In this document: one piece after another, positions 44,410 to 54,115 of the stretch
Layout of the letters: each line of letters opens with the position of its first letter
Position numbering within the stretch: the first letter of the stretch is position 1
Source: an uncultured Elusimicrobia bacterium
GTDB lineage: Bacteria; Elusimicrobiota; Elusimicrobia; 2-01-FULL-59-12
NCBI GenBank assembly: GCA_963702895.1
Contig: OY969767.1
Span: 1,952,001-2,016,000 of the forward strand
DNA: 64,000 nt
Reading direction: 5' to 3'
Program-made: the position numbers and the translations under genes
Notes under the pieces: model-generated
Seen by the model: only the letters and a program-made list of their open reading frames with translations
The model's database searches: none
What the model was told of the DNA's origin: nothing

Positions 44410-45996
44410 TCATGGCACTCTCACGCTATAGCGCTGCTCACGCTCCGGAACCCACCACTCCCGGAAATTCCATCCTAGCCCCAGGGGCGCCACCTCGGGA
44501 CCACGAAATCGCTTATGAATCGCGAGGAGCTCATCCGGACCATAGAGGAAAATGTACGGCAGGTCCTCAGCGATTCGTTTGTGGATCTTGTGATAGAGCG
44601 CGCGGCGCTTCTGGAGATCGAAAGTTTCACGAGCTTCCACAAGCCAACGATCGACCTCGGGGCTCTCGTAACCACAGAAGTTATATTGACCTTCCTTTTG
44701 TTGGGAGGAATGCCACATCGCATAGTTGTCCGGGTCACGCCCCAACTGCCAGCCCAGGACAATCGCCTCGAAGTTTTTCTTGTCGATATACTGATGAATC
44801 AAGGTCGACCACTCCATGATGCGGATGGACACATCAATCCCGACTTTCTTCAGATGATCTTGAATGACGACCGCACAGAGCTCCCGAACTTTGTTGCCCT
44901 GGTTGGTCATGAGCGTAAAGGCGAAGGGCTTTCCATGTTTCATGAGACGACCTGTGGCGTCCGGCTTCCATCCGCATTCGGCCAAAAGAGCCTTGGCGCG
45001 CGCAGGATCAAAGGGCAAAGGCTGCACAGCGTTGTTATAGGCCCACGAAGAAACGGGAAAGGGACCTGAAAGGGGCTGTCCGAGTCCTAACACAATCCCC
45101 TCCACCATGCTCTGTCGATCCATGGCGTAGGCCAGCGCTTGGCGCACGCGCTTGTCTCTAAACAAGTCGTTTTTCAGATTGAACCCGAAGTAGATGTATT
45201 TGAATGCCGGATAGCGGTACCGGGTGTGATGCTCAAAGATGGCATCGTACGCTTTAAATTGATCCGGCGTCAGCGAGATGGCATCAATGGACTGGTTGCG
45301 CATCTCCATGAACTGTACGGAAGAGTCCGGAATAATGCGATAGACATAGCGTTGCAGGTAGGGTCTTCCTTCAAAGTAATCGGGATTCGCTTCAAGGAGG
45401 ATGTGCTGGTCGGTTTTCCACTCCTTAAACTTGTAGGGCCCGGTCCCAATGGGTCGACGATTAGCGGGATGGGTATTGAGGTCTGTCGTCCCATAGACAT
45501 GTCGTGGAAGTATCCCCATCCCCCAGGAAGCGAGGCTGGGCGCAAAGACCTTTTTGTAGAGGACGCGGACCGTATAGGGATCGGGCACACGCAATTGAGC
45601 GATGTCCTCATAGTCGCTTACGAAAGGCGTATGGACTTGAGGGTCCCTCAACTTCTGGTAGGTAAAAAGCACATCGTCTGCTGTGAATGGCTTTCCATCA
45701 TGCCAGCGCACCCCCTTGCGGAGATGAAACGTGATCTCGAGTCCTCCTCGGCCGATCTCCCAAGATTCGGCAAGATCGCCAACCAGCTGGATGTTTTGAT
45801 CGTATTTGACCAGACCGTTGAAGACGAGCCCGACGATATTATTAGAGGCGCTGTCCGAAGACAGGACAGGATTCAGGATACTGGCATCGCCAAGGGAAGA
45901 ATCGACGTAGGCGTCGCCGTAGACCCCTTCTCCCGCCGTAAGGTGGGGGAAGGTCAGGAGGAGGGCGCAAGCAACAACCAGGAGTTTTGCCCTCAC
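44410..45996 (-). CDS. oppA: peptide ABC transporter substrate-binding protein (SBP family 5)
   Basis: GDLAESW, LRKGVRWHDGKPFTADDV, PIGTGPY, VRQALAYA; likely GTG start at 45996, inside a REP-like element. Confidence 0.9.
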   Translation of the reverse strand: MRAKLLVVACALLLTFPHLTAGEGVYGDAYVDSSLGDASILNPVLSSDSASNNIVGLVFNGLVKYDQNIQLVGDLAESWEIGRGGLEITFHLRKGVRWHDGKPFTADDVLFTYQKLRDPQVHTPFVSDYEDIAQLRVPDPYTVRVLYKKVFAPSLASWGMGILPRHVYGTTDLNTHPANRRPIGTGPYKFKEWKTDQHILLEANPDYFEGRPYLQRYVYRIIPDSSVQFMEMRNQSIDAISLTPDQFKAYDAIFEHHTRYRYPAFKYIYFGFNLKNDLFRDKRVRQALAYAMDRQSMVEGIVLGLGQPLSGPFPVSSWAYNNAVQPLPFDPARAKALLAECGWKPDATGRLMKHGKPFAFTLMTNQGNKVRELCAVVIQDHLKKVGIDVSIRIMEWSTLIHQYIDKKNFEAIVLGWQLGRDPDNYAMWHSSQQKEGQYNFCGYESPEVDRWLVEARETFDLQKRRALYHKIHKRIAEDLPYIFLYGPDELLAIHKRFRGPEVAPLGLGWNFREWWVPEREQRYSVRVP

Positions 45997-46052
45997 CCAT
46001 GACTGGCGCGCCCTCTGCCGCCTTCCGCCGGGAGAAGGGAAGAGGAGGCCGC

Positions 46053-47294
46053 TCACTTCGGGACCACTTTCACAGTCACCCGCGGCTTGCCGAGGATTTT
46101 TCGTAAGAGCTCCCGTACCGCGAGGGCTGAAACGGAATCCATGGACCTGAGAAATTCGTCCCCGTAATCCTCCCCCCGGCCGAGGAATTCCCACCAAGCG
46201 TTGTACCACCCTTGGCGACGGCGGCTTTGGCGATCCATCAAAAACGCGCCACGAATCATGGCTTTGGCCTGCCGCAGTTCTCCATCGCGCGGACCTTGTT
46301 CCGCGAGGGCCTCGAGGAGCTCGAAGAGCCTCTTGGAGGCGAGTAAGAGTCTTTCCGCAGGCAGTCCAAGATAGATCACCCACTGACTTAAGTCGAGGCG
46401 TGACGGATAAAACGAGGACACCTCATAGGCGAGGCCAAGCTCCTCGCGGAGGACCATAAAAAGCCGAGAGCTCATGCCACCACCGAGAATCGTATTCAAG
46501 ACTTTGAGCGCGAGCTGGTCCTGATCGAACGCGGTGGGCGCTTGCCAGCCGGTCATGAGATACGCTTGTTTAAAAGAGGACTTGACCTCTTCTGTTCGTG
46601 ACTTGGGGAGAGGTCTGACGCTTGGCATCGGTTCGTGTGCGGAGTCTCTCGGGGGCGCATGCCGCCAGGTCTCGACCGTCCTGTGAAGGAGACCCCGCAT
46701 GAAAGCGGGTGGATGCGGAGCCACCATGGAAAGGATGGCTCCCATGGAATGGTGCTTTGTTTTATTCCAGGCTTTAAAATCCATGCGCCCGAAGCGGGCA
46801 ACCGTTTGGGCCCTGCCTTCAAGGGGCCGGCCGTAAGGGTGGTCACCATAGAGCGCCTGGTTCAAACGATCGTGAGCGAGTTGAAAGATGGCGTCTTTGC
46901 GGGTATCGAGCGCAGCGAGGACGTGGGATTTCTCTTTGATGATTTCTTCCTGGGGAAACGATGGTTCCCGAAGCACCTCCGTCATCAGACCCAGGGCGCG
47001 TTGGGCCTCGGAAGCCGGCACGACAAAGCCAATTTCAGCGTAGTCTTCGTGTCCTTGGGTGCCCATCGAAGCCCCGACTGATTCCATCACGCGTGCGATG
47101 GCCCTGGCACTGCGCTTTCGGGTGCCCTGCATCAAGAGATCCAAGGTCATACTGGAAAGCCCCGCCTCCGAACGGGACTCCGCTCGACTGCCAGCGCCCA
47201 GAAGGAGGGTCGCGGTCGCCAAAGGAAAACGATGGTCCCGCTGATAGAGGACTTTTAAACCGCTCGGCAGTATCCAGCGCTCGAGCCGCTTCAT
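46053..47294 (-). CDS. M16B peptidase subunit without the HXXEH zinc motif
   Basis: M16 fold (GGGMSSRLF..LREELGLAY); HXXEH replaced by SMTLD. Confidence 0.88.
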   Translation of the reverse strand: MKRLERWILPSGLKVLYQRDHRFPLATATLLLGAGSRAESRSEAGLSSMTLDLLMQGTRKRSARAIARVMESVGASMGTQGHEDYAEIGFVVPASEAQRALGLMTEVLREPSFPQEEIIKEKSHVLAALDTRKDAIFQLAHDRLNQALYGDHPYGRPLEGRAQTVARFGRMDFKAWNKTKHHSMGAILSMVAPHPPAFMRGLLHRTVETWRHAPPRDSAHEPMPSVRPLPKSRTEEVKSSFKQAYLMTGWQAPTAFDQDQLALKVLNTILGGGMSSRLFMVLREELGLAYEVSSFYPSRLDLSQWVIYLGLPAERLLLASKRLFELLEALAEQGPRDGELRQAKAMIRGAFLMDRQSRRRQGWYNAWWEFLGRGEDYGDEFLRSMDSVSALAVRELLRKILGKPRVTVKVVPK

Positions 47295-48526
47295 GGTTCC
47301 ACCACGGCACTGGAGAGCTCTTGTAAAAAGTAGCGGTCAATGACACGCTCCAGTTCCGCCGCCTCGAGAGAAAGAATCCGAGGCAAATATTGTCGAAGTC
47401 GTTCGAGATGTCCTTCCAGAGCGTAAGCACCGATGACGGAGGCCTGGTTGTGGAATGTTTCATACCCTTGCAGCCAAGAGGTTTGCATGAGGTTTTTGGC
47501 CCGTTGAATTTCCTCTTCCGAGGGGACGCGCTTTTTGAGTCCGGTGAGCACCTGCCTGAGCGCCGGCCCCACTTTCGGCCTCTTTTGGATATCCGACTCC
47601 GTGAAGACAGCAAAGATGCCGAGGCCTTCCTGCGTGATATTGGAACTTCCGACGGACCACACGAGCTCCTTCTCCTCGCGCAGCGTATGGACAAGACGGC
47701 TGTTCCGGCCATCGCCCAGCATGACCGACAAAAGATCCAGCGCCTCCTGATCGGCGTGAGACGCCGGCGGAGTCGGAAAACCAAAGACAGCATAGGCTTG
47801 GCGAACGGATTGGGTCAGCCTTTTGTGCACCGGACTTGGATGTGTGAGCGGCTGTGGCCGCGGAGGGCGGCGCCCCCCTTTGGATAACGATCCCATCTCT
47901 CGCGCCAGCAAACGGAGGATCTCTTTCGATTGAAAATCCCCCACGATGACCATCACGGTGTTGGCCGCCGTGTAATGCGTCTCGTAAAAACGACGTACGG
48001 TCTGGGCCGTAAACGTTGAAACGGTCTCTTCAGAGCCAATCACAGGTCGCGCGTGAGCAGGGTCTGCGAAGAGGGCTTGTTGGAGGAGTTCCCAAGCCAT
48101 GGTTTCCGCATCGTCATGACGGCGCTTCATCTCCTCCAGGATGACCAGGCGCTCGCGCTCCCACTCCTTGGGCTCAAGCGTTGCCCGACAGAGAAGCTCG
48201 GCCATCAAATGAACGGCACGGGACACCCCTGAAGAGGGGACATCGATGTAATAGTGCGTGTACTCTTTGGAGGTTTCGGCGTTGAGCGCGCCGCCCTGGG
48301 CCTCCACCCAACGAGAGATTTCGGAAGGGGCGCGGCGGGCGGTCCCTTTAAAGACCATATGCTCCAGGACATGAGCGAGCCCCGCCTCCGATTCTGCTTC
48401 ATCCACGGAACCGACACGGACCCAGGACTGAACAGACGTAAGCGGCCAACTGTGGTCCTCTTTGAGAAGGACGCGCAGACCGTTGGGCAGCTGGTGGGGA
48501 GTAACGCGCTCGAGAGGCCGGAACAA
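47291..48526 (-). CDS. M16B zinc peptidase, catalytic subunit
   Basis: GLAHVLEHMVFKGT (HXXEH), NAETS, ERLVILEE. Confidence 0.92.
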   Translation of the reverse strand: MFRPLERVTPHQLPNGLRVLLKEDHSWPLTSVQSWVRVGSVDEAESEAGLAHVLEHMVFKGTARRAPSEISRWVEAQGGALNAETSKEYTHYYIDVPSSGVSRAVHLMAELLCRATLEPKEWERERLVILEEMKRRHDDAETMAWELLQQALFADPAHARPVIGSEETVSTFTAQTVRRFYETHYTAANTVMVIVGDFQSKEILRLLAREMGSLSKGGRRPPRPQPLTHPSPVHKRLTQSVRQAYAVFGFPTPPASHADQEALDLLSVMLGDGRNSRLVHTLREEKELVWSVGSSNITQEGLGIFAVFTESDIQKRPKVGPALRQVLTGLKKRVPSEEEIQRAKNLMQTSWLQGYETFHNQASVIGAYALEGHLERLRQYLPRILSLEAAELERVIDRYFLQELSSAVVEP

Positions 48527-48531
48527 ATGCT

Positions 48532-48765
48532 TCAGATGGCGGTGGTAACCAGTGTTTCCGTTGAGGAAACACCTGGAATAGCGCGGATTTTGCCGACCAC
48601 CACACTGGTCATAGTCGGAAGGTCCGCCGCCTCGATGTCCGCCACAAGGTCCCAGCGACCGAATACGGCTGACAAATGGGAGACACCTTTGACTTCTTTA
48701 AGCTTCGCCATCGTGAGCTTTTCCCGGCCTGAGGCTAGACGAATCAGCACAAGTCCTGTAACCAT
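48532..48765 (-). CDS. stand-alone Lrp/AsnC ligand-binding (RAM) domain protein
   Basis: VFGRWDLV, IRAIPGVSSTET; 77 aa, no HTH. Confidence 0.85.
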   Translation of the reverse strand: MVTGLVLIRLASGREKLTMAKLKEVKGVSHLSAVFGRWDLVADIEAADLPTMTSVVVGKIRAIPGVSSTETLVTTAI

Positions 48766-49113
48766 TTATAGAGCCCCCCTCTTTCGTTGAGCTGAGCGAT
48801 ACGCATCGACCATACCATAGATCCATAAGACGCTGAGGAGCGCCTGGAAGGCAGCCAAGACTTTGCCATTTTTGGAGCTGATTTGCCCCGCCGCGTTCAT
48901 CATCAACTGCTGGAGTGCTTGAGGATCGACACTGGTGATATCCGCAGGGATGAACGGTTGCAAAGTCTTGTAGTACCAGACGCCCGCAACGATCAAAACG
49001 GCGAGGCTCGCGACAATGAGAAGAACGCCCTTTCGATAGTCCTTATTATAAAGTTGGCCCACGCCTGGCCCGAGGAGAAAACAAAGAAGAACAGGGATAA
49101 TGACGGATGCCAT
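48766..49113 (-). CDS. small membrane protein (TM2/DUF5683-like)
   Basis: PGVGQLYN..KG, WIYGMVDAY; three hydrophobic segments. Confidence 0.7.
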   Translation of the reverse strand: MASVIIPVLLCFLLGPGVGQLYNKDYRKGVLLIVASLAVLIVAGVWYYKTLQPFIPADITSVDPQALQQLMMNAAGQISSKNGKVLAAFQALLSVLWIYGMVDAYRSAQRKRGAL

Positions 49114-49251
49114 GGCGGCTATTCTAACTTAAAAGACATATCGAAGTGCGGTGCCCGAATCGAAAGAAACACCTGCCCTCAGCCAGAATGGTCCGCCACA
49201 CAACAGGCGGACGCCCGACTGGCGTGTGTCGGGCGAACCTGTACCAAAACT

Positions 49252-49323
49252 TGCCCTCGGCCAGAATCGAACTGGCATCCTCAGCTCCGGAGGCTGGTAC
49301 ACTATCCGTTGTGCTACGAGGGC
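49252..49323 (-). tRNA. tRNA-Arg(CCG), CCA not encoded
   Basis: GCCCTCG acceptor stem, D arm GCAC-AACGGATA-GTGT, anticodon loop CTCCGGA, T arm GCCAG-TTCGATT-CTGGC. Confidence 0.93.
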
Positions 49324-49329
49324 AAAAAG

Positions 49330-52002
49330 TTAACGGGATTTCACAGCCAAATGCTTCAGAATCTCTTCGACTTCCGCGAGCGTCTTGTCGAGCGCGGCGA
49401 CATCCTTTCCCCCGCCTTGCGCGAAGTCCGGGCGGCCGCCCCCAGAACCGGAAATCCGGGTCGCGATTTCCCGAGCGATGTGGCCGGCGTTCCAGCCGCG
49501 CTCCGTGAGCGCTTTCTGAACCGACACGACAAAGCTGACCTTCTCGTCCGTCACACAGGCCAGCACCACCACACCCGCCGCAGAGCTGTCCTTTAAACGG
49601 TCCGCGACTTCTCGAAGATGTTTGTCATCGACACCCTCCAGACGCTTGCTGATGAGCTGCGTCCCCGCGATGGGAATGGCACTCTTGGCGATATCGTCAA
49701 ACTGTGACCTTACGACACTGGATTTCAATGATTCGATTTCTTTCTGGAGGGTCTTTTCCTGTGCGAGCATTTTCTCCAACCGGGTGGGAAGGTCTTCCGG
49801 CGTCGTTTTCAGGCTCTCCGCCACGGTTTGCAGCTGTTCTTCCATTCGGCGAACCGTTTTGACCGCTGCCAGGCCCGCCACCGCCTCCAGGCGCCGCACC
49901 CCCGCGGAAACGGGAGACTGACTGATGATTTTAAAGAGTCCGATTTTTCCTGTCTCGTCGACATGGGTCCCACCACAGAGCTCCAAGCTCCAGGCTTGCT
50001 CCGGCTGCTTACAGTCATACTTGGAAACCATGATGGCGCGAACGTTTTCCCCATATTTTTCGCCGAAGAGCATCATCGCCCCGACTTTGTGGGCCTCCTC
50101 TTTGGTCATCAGGCATTCTTGAATGGGAATGTTGTTCAAAATCTGCCGGTTGATGATGTCTTCAACCCGTTCACGCTCCTCGCGCGAAAGTGGTGCTGTG
50201 TGATTAAAGTCAAAACGCAACCGATCCGGCGCGACGAGAGATCCCGCCTGTGTCACGTGCGGGCCAAGGACCTCCCTGAGCGCCTTATGAAGCATGTGTG
50301 TGGCGGTGTGGTGTCGCCGGGTGGCATCACGTTTTTCGCGATTCACTTTCGCCGTGATGCTATCCCCCGCTTTGAGAACTCCGCGCTTGACGTTCACATG
50401 GTGCACAATCATGGCCTCGACCGGCGTTTGCGTGTCCACGACCTCCACCAGGGTCGTGGCTGATTCAAGCGTTCCCGTGTCCCCGACCTGGCCGCCGCCT
50501 TCGGGATAGAAGGTCGTCTGATCCAAGACCACCTCACCTTCTTCACCACTTTTGAGCTCCTCCACCCAGCCGGCCGGCTTATGGCGATAGATGGGCCCAA
50601 TCACTTTGGCTTCAAGGTCCAAATGCCAATAGCCCTGAAAAGAAGAGCCTGTGCTTTTTAGCTTCGCTTTCCAGTCGTGATAGAGGTCAACATTTTGCGC
50701 GCCGGAACCTTTCCAGCCCTGTCTGGCAAGTTCCACGGCCTGGGCCTGCGCCTTCTTAAATCCTTCTTCATCGACGCCAAAGCCCATGCCCACCACCATT
50801 TCCTTGGTGAGCTCAAACGGGAAACCGTAGGTATCGTAGAGATGGAAGACATCTTTGCCGGGAAGAGTCTTGACGTTTTGCGCTTTGGAAACTGAAATCA
50901 GTTCCTCGAGCTTGCGAGTCCCGGTATCGAGCGTCTCAAGAAACTTTTGCTCTTCGATCTTAACGATGGAAGCGATCGTTTGAAGTCGCTGGAGCGTGTC
51001 AGGGTAGGCCTGCTTCATGAGCTCGACCACGCTCCCGGAGAGCTTGTAAAGAAAGGGCTCCTGGATACCCAGGGTCTTCCCGGCGCGAACGGCTTGGCGC
51101 AGGAGCCTGCGCAGCACATAACCGCGTCCTTCATTGGAGGGCAAAATACCATCTGAAATCATGAACGTGACCGCGCGTGCGTGATCAGAAATCCTTCGGA
51201 ACGCCACCTGATGGGTCTGGACTTTCGGGTCTTTGTCACTGATCTGGCCAAGGTCTTTAAAGAGGGGTTGGAAAGCATCGGTCTCAAAAGGGCTTGCGAC
51301 GCCCTGGGAAAGGAGCGAGAGCCTCTCAAGGCCCATGCCGGTGTCGATATTTTTTCTGGGAAGTGGGGTGAGCTTGCCCCCTGCAGAGCGGTCGAACTGC
51401 GTGAACACGAGGTTCCAGACTTCGAGGTACCTTTCACAGTCACAGGCCGGGCTACAGGCGGCTTTGCCGCAGCTCCACTCCTTGCCACGGTCCCATAGGA
51501 TTTCCGAGCAGGGACCGCAGGGTCCGGTAGGCCCCATGGTCCAGAAATTGGTGTCATCGTCCATCCTGAAAATTCTTTCCCCGGGAACAAGTTTCTTCCA
51601 AATGTCCGCTGCCTCGTCGTCGCTTTTATGAACGGAAACAACCAAGCGGTCCGCGGGCAGGCCCATGGTCTTCGTGAGGAATTCCCATCCCCAACCGATC
51701 GAGTCGTTCTTAAAGTAATCACCGAAGGAGAAGTTGCCCAGCATCTCAAAGAAGGTGAGGTGTCGTAGCGTCGTGCCAACACGCTCAATGTCGGAGGTGC
51801 GAAGGCATTTTTGGCAGGAAGCGGCACGTCGGTAGGGACTGCTGTCCGGATTTTGGAAGCCAGGTTTAAACTGCACCATCCCCGCGCTCGTAAAGAGGAG
51901 CGTGGGATCCGTGGAAGGAACTAACGAGTCAGAGGCGACAACTTTGTGGCTACGTCCCTCAAAAAACTGGAGGAACGACTGACGAATGTCGGCTAGCTTC
52001 AT
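49330..52002 (-). CDS. alaS: alanine--tRNA ligase
   Basis: DPTLLFTSAGMVQFK, HLTFFEMLGNFSFGDYFK, IDTGMGLER, HTATH, ELCGGTH, GGGRPDFAQGGG. Confidence 0.98.
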   Translation of the reverse strand: MKLADIRQSFLQFFEGRSHKVVASDSLVPSTDPTLLFTSAGMVQFKPGFQNPDSSPYRRAASCQKCLRTSDIERVGTTLRHLTFFEMLGNFSFGDYFKNDSIGWGWEFLTKTMGLPADRLVVSVHKSDDEAADIWKKLVPGERIFRMDDDTNFWTMGPTGPCGPCSEILWDRGKEWSCGKAACSPACDCERYLEVWNLVFTQFDRSAGGKLTPLPRKNIDTGMGLERLSLLSQGVASPFETDAFQPLFKDLGQISDKDPKVQTHQVAFRRISDHARAVTFMISDGILPSNEGRGYVLRRLLRQAVRAGKTLGIQEPFLYKLSGSVVELMKQAYPDTLQRLQTIASIVKIEEQKFLETLDTGTRKLEELISVSKAQNVKTLPGKDVFHLYDTYGFPFELTKEMVVGMGFGVDEEGFKKAQAQAVELARQGWKGSGAQNVDLYHDWKAKLKSTGSSFQGYWHLDLEAKVIGPIYRHKPAGWVEELKSGEEGEVVLDQTTFYPEGGGQVGDTGTLESATTLVEVVDTQTPVEAMIVHHVNVKRGVLKAGDSITAKVNREKRDATRRHHTATHMLHKALREVLGPHVTQAGSLVAPDRLRFDFNHTAPLSREERERVEDIINRQILNNIPIQECLMTKEEAHKVGAMMLFGEKYGENVRAIMVSKYDCKQPEQAWSLELCGGTHVDETGKIGLFKIISQSPVSAGVRRLEAVAGLAAVKTVRRMEEQLQTVAESLKTTPEDLPTRLEKMLAQEKTLQKEIESLKSSVVRSQFDDIAKSAIPIAGTQLISKRLEGVDDKHLREVADRLKDSSAAGVVVLACVTDEKVSFVVSVQKALTERGWNAGHIAREIATRISGSGGGRPDFAQGGGKDVAALDKTLAEVEEILKHLAVKSR

Positions 52003-52451
52003 TCAGTACGACAATCGCACTGACGCAGGGGGGTCTTAAACCAGCGACCATCGGAGGCGCGCATACGCGCGGCCAGCGTGTGACGGCCTTTGGATATATT
52101 GGACCAGTCATACCACCAGAAACCGGAGTTGAGGCGGCAGGGGAGCCATGGGCCCTTGTCGATTGAGATTTCGACTAAATCCGCGCCTCCCACGCCGAGT
52201 CTCACGACGTATTCAGAGGAGGAAAAATTCTCTGACTGAGTCGGGAAATCAATCCAGATGAAAGGCGGCTCCGGCGCTCGGTAGGGATTGGGTTCCTGAG
52301 TGAAAAGGATTTCGACAGGGACGCGAGAGCGTACGGTTGAAGCCTTCGACGTCGTAGACGAACGGGCAGAGGAAACTGTTTTTTTTGCAGCTTTCTTTTT
52401 CGAGACCTGCTCATTGCCTGAAACGACGATCGAATTATTGGATATTGCCAT
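51999..52451 (-). CDS. hypothetical protein: Lys/Ser-rich N-terminus plus aromatic-rich Ig-like domain
   Basis: GAGGAGG RBS, ATG 52451; VEISIDKGPW..WWYDW..GRHTLAAR. Confidence 0.65.
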   Translation of the reverse strand: MAISNNSIVVSGNEQVSKKKAAKKTVSSARSSTTSKASTVRSRVPVEILFTQEPNPYRAPEPPFIWIDFPTQSENFSSSEYVVRLGVGGADLVEISIDKGPWLPCRLNSGFWWYDWSNISKGRHTLAARMRASDGRWFKTPLRQCDCRTE

Positions 52452-52495
52452 AGGTGTCCTCCTCTTGATCCGCTGTTTTTGAGTTTCTGCGGCCA

Positions 52496-54115
52496 TTATA
52501 GCACCGCCGCTGTGTCACGCTGCTGGGCATTGCGAAAGATCCTGTAATCCAATTGCGGGAAGATGTTGTCCCGTCGCTCCATCTCGGCGAGGGAGCCCTC
52601 ATGGATATCCCCACGCCGAATTTGCTCGTTGAGCTTAAGGAAACGATAGAGATGGTCGCGTGTGCGCTTGTTGGCATAGGAGGAAGCCGTTCCCACCGTC
52701 ATCAAGAAAGCCCAATCTGAGGATTGGGCAAGATAGAGCTCTCGAGCCGCTTGATTAAGCGCGCGCTCCCGGACTTCAGAGGCGGTTGGATTCTGCTCCG
52801 CCAGCTCAATCATGAGTTCAGAGGCCTTGTGGAGATGACGGTAAATCCAGTCGTTAGCGCCGTTGAGCCAGACTTCGTGATAACCCTTGTCACCCCACGA
52901 TGACATTTCGGGCTGAATAATCTGATTATTGGGGTTTTCCGCGAGATACTCGCTCGGCGTAACCAGGCGTAGGTCTTTCTGGTCGTAATGGATTTTCCGG
53001 AAAAGGAATTCCAGAAAGTCAGGCCCTTCATACCACCAGTGACCAAAGAGCTCCGCATCGTACATGGCGACCACAATGGGTTTCTTCTGGAGAAGCCCAC
53101 TTAAGTGTTCCACCTGTTTCTGGCGGTTAAACATGAAATTTCCGGCATGCTGTGCGGCAATTTCAAGCGCCTCGTGAGGGTTGTAGGGCTCCTTGGCATG
53201 CAGGGGTACCTTGCCCGTGATTTTGTAGTACTTTAGGCCTACATTGCGCCGCACCCCATCGGCATGGAGGTAGGGCTTCATGTATTCGTAATCGAGATCA
53301 TATCCGACGTCACGGTAGAACTCCCGATAACGCCAATCACCAGGATAACCGGTATCACCAGACCAAACTTGATGGGCAGATTCCATATCTCGTCCGAAGG
53401 CCGCCACACCCGAGGGGCAGTAGACCGGTGCATAAACACCATATTGGGGACGAGGGGTCCCAAAAAGGAGCCCATGGGACTCCATAAAAAAGAATCGGAT
53501 GCCCTGCTCTTGGAGGAGGATATCGTCCCCGATGTTGTAGGCACATTCGGGAAGCCACATGCCGCGCGGACGCCTGCCGAAGTAGCGCTGGTAATCGTCT
53601 GTCGCAAGGCGAACTTGGGCTCGCGCCGCTTGACGCTGATTCATTAACGGCAAATACCCATGCGTCGCGGCGCAGGTAATGATTTCCAGCATCCCTTGGT
53701 CCTGGAACTGGCGGAACGCCAGCAAGAGGTTCCCCCTGTACCAGTCCTCATAGATCTGCCTGCAGCGTTTGAGTTTGCGCTCATACATCTGAGCTGAGCT
53801 ATGGTAAGCCGGCATCTCACGGGTCCGGTGGACTTCTCGCTCTGATAACTCGATTAAGCGGGAAAGATAGCGTCTGAAGCGCGACTGAAGCAGTGGATCC
53901 GACATCATGGCGCACAGGGGCGGGGTCAGCGACATGGTGAGGCGGAAATGGACACGTTCGGTCGCTAGCCGCGACATCATGTCCAAGAGCGGCAGATAGG
54001 TTTCGGTGACCGCCTCGAAGAACCAGTCTTCCTCGAGAAAATCATCATACTCCGGATGGCGCACAAAGGGCAGGTGCGCGTGGAGCACAAGAGCGAAGTA
54101 ACCTTTTTCCGTCAT
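52496..54115 (-). CDS. GH57 1,4-alpha-glucan branching enzyme (DUF1957)
   Basis: LHAHLPFV, GMWLPEC (nucleophile), YDAELFGHWWYEG (acid/base), QSSDWAF. Confidence 0.93.
   Translation of the reverse strand: MTEKGYFALVLHAHLPFVRHPEYDDFLEEDWFFEAVTETYLPLLDMMSRLATERVHFRLTMSLTPPLCAMMSDPLLQSRFRRYLSRLIELSEREVHRTREMPAYHSSAQMYERKLKRCRQIYEDWYRGNLLLAFRQFQDQGMLEIITCAATHGYLPLMNQRQAARAQVRLATDDYQRYFGRRPRGMWLPECAYNIGDDILLQEQGIRFFFMESHGLLFGTPRPQYGVYAPVYCPSGVAAFGRDMESAHQVWSGDTGYPGDWRYREFYRDVGYDLDYEYMKPYLHADGVRRNVGLKYYKITGKVPLHAKEPYNPHEALEIAAQHAGNFMFNRQKQVEHLSGLLQKKPIVVAMYDAELFGHWWYEGPDFLEFLFRKIHYDQKDLRLVTPSEYLAENPNNQIIQPEMSSWGDKGYHEVWLNGANDWIYRHLHKASELMIELAEQNPTASEVRERALNQAARELYLAQSSDWAFLMTVGTASSYANKRTRDHLYRFLKLNEQIRRGDIHEGSLAEMERRDNIFPQLDYRIFRNAQQRDTAAVL

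Noticed and set aside
45997..46383. ORF-track N-terminal extension of oppA (similar extensions on fadL, ftsZ, pilT and the receiver at 36148)
   Set aside because: The extensions overlap neighbouring genes or promoters and lack family similarity; downstream starts fit better.
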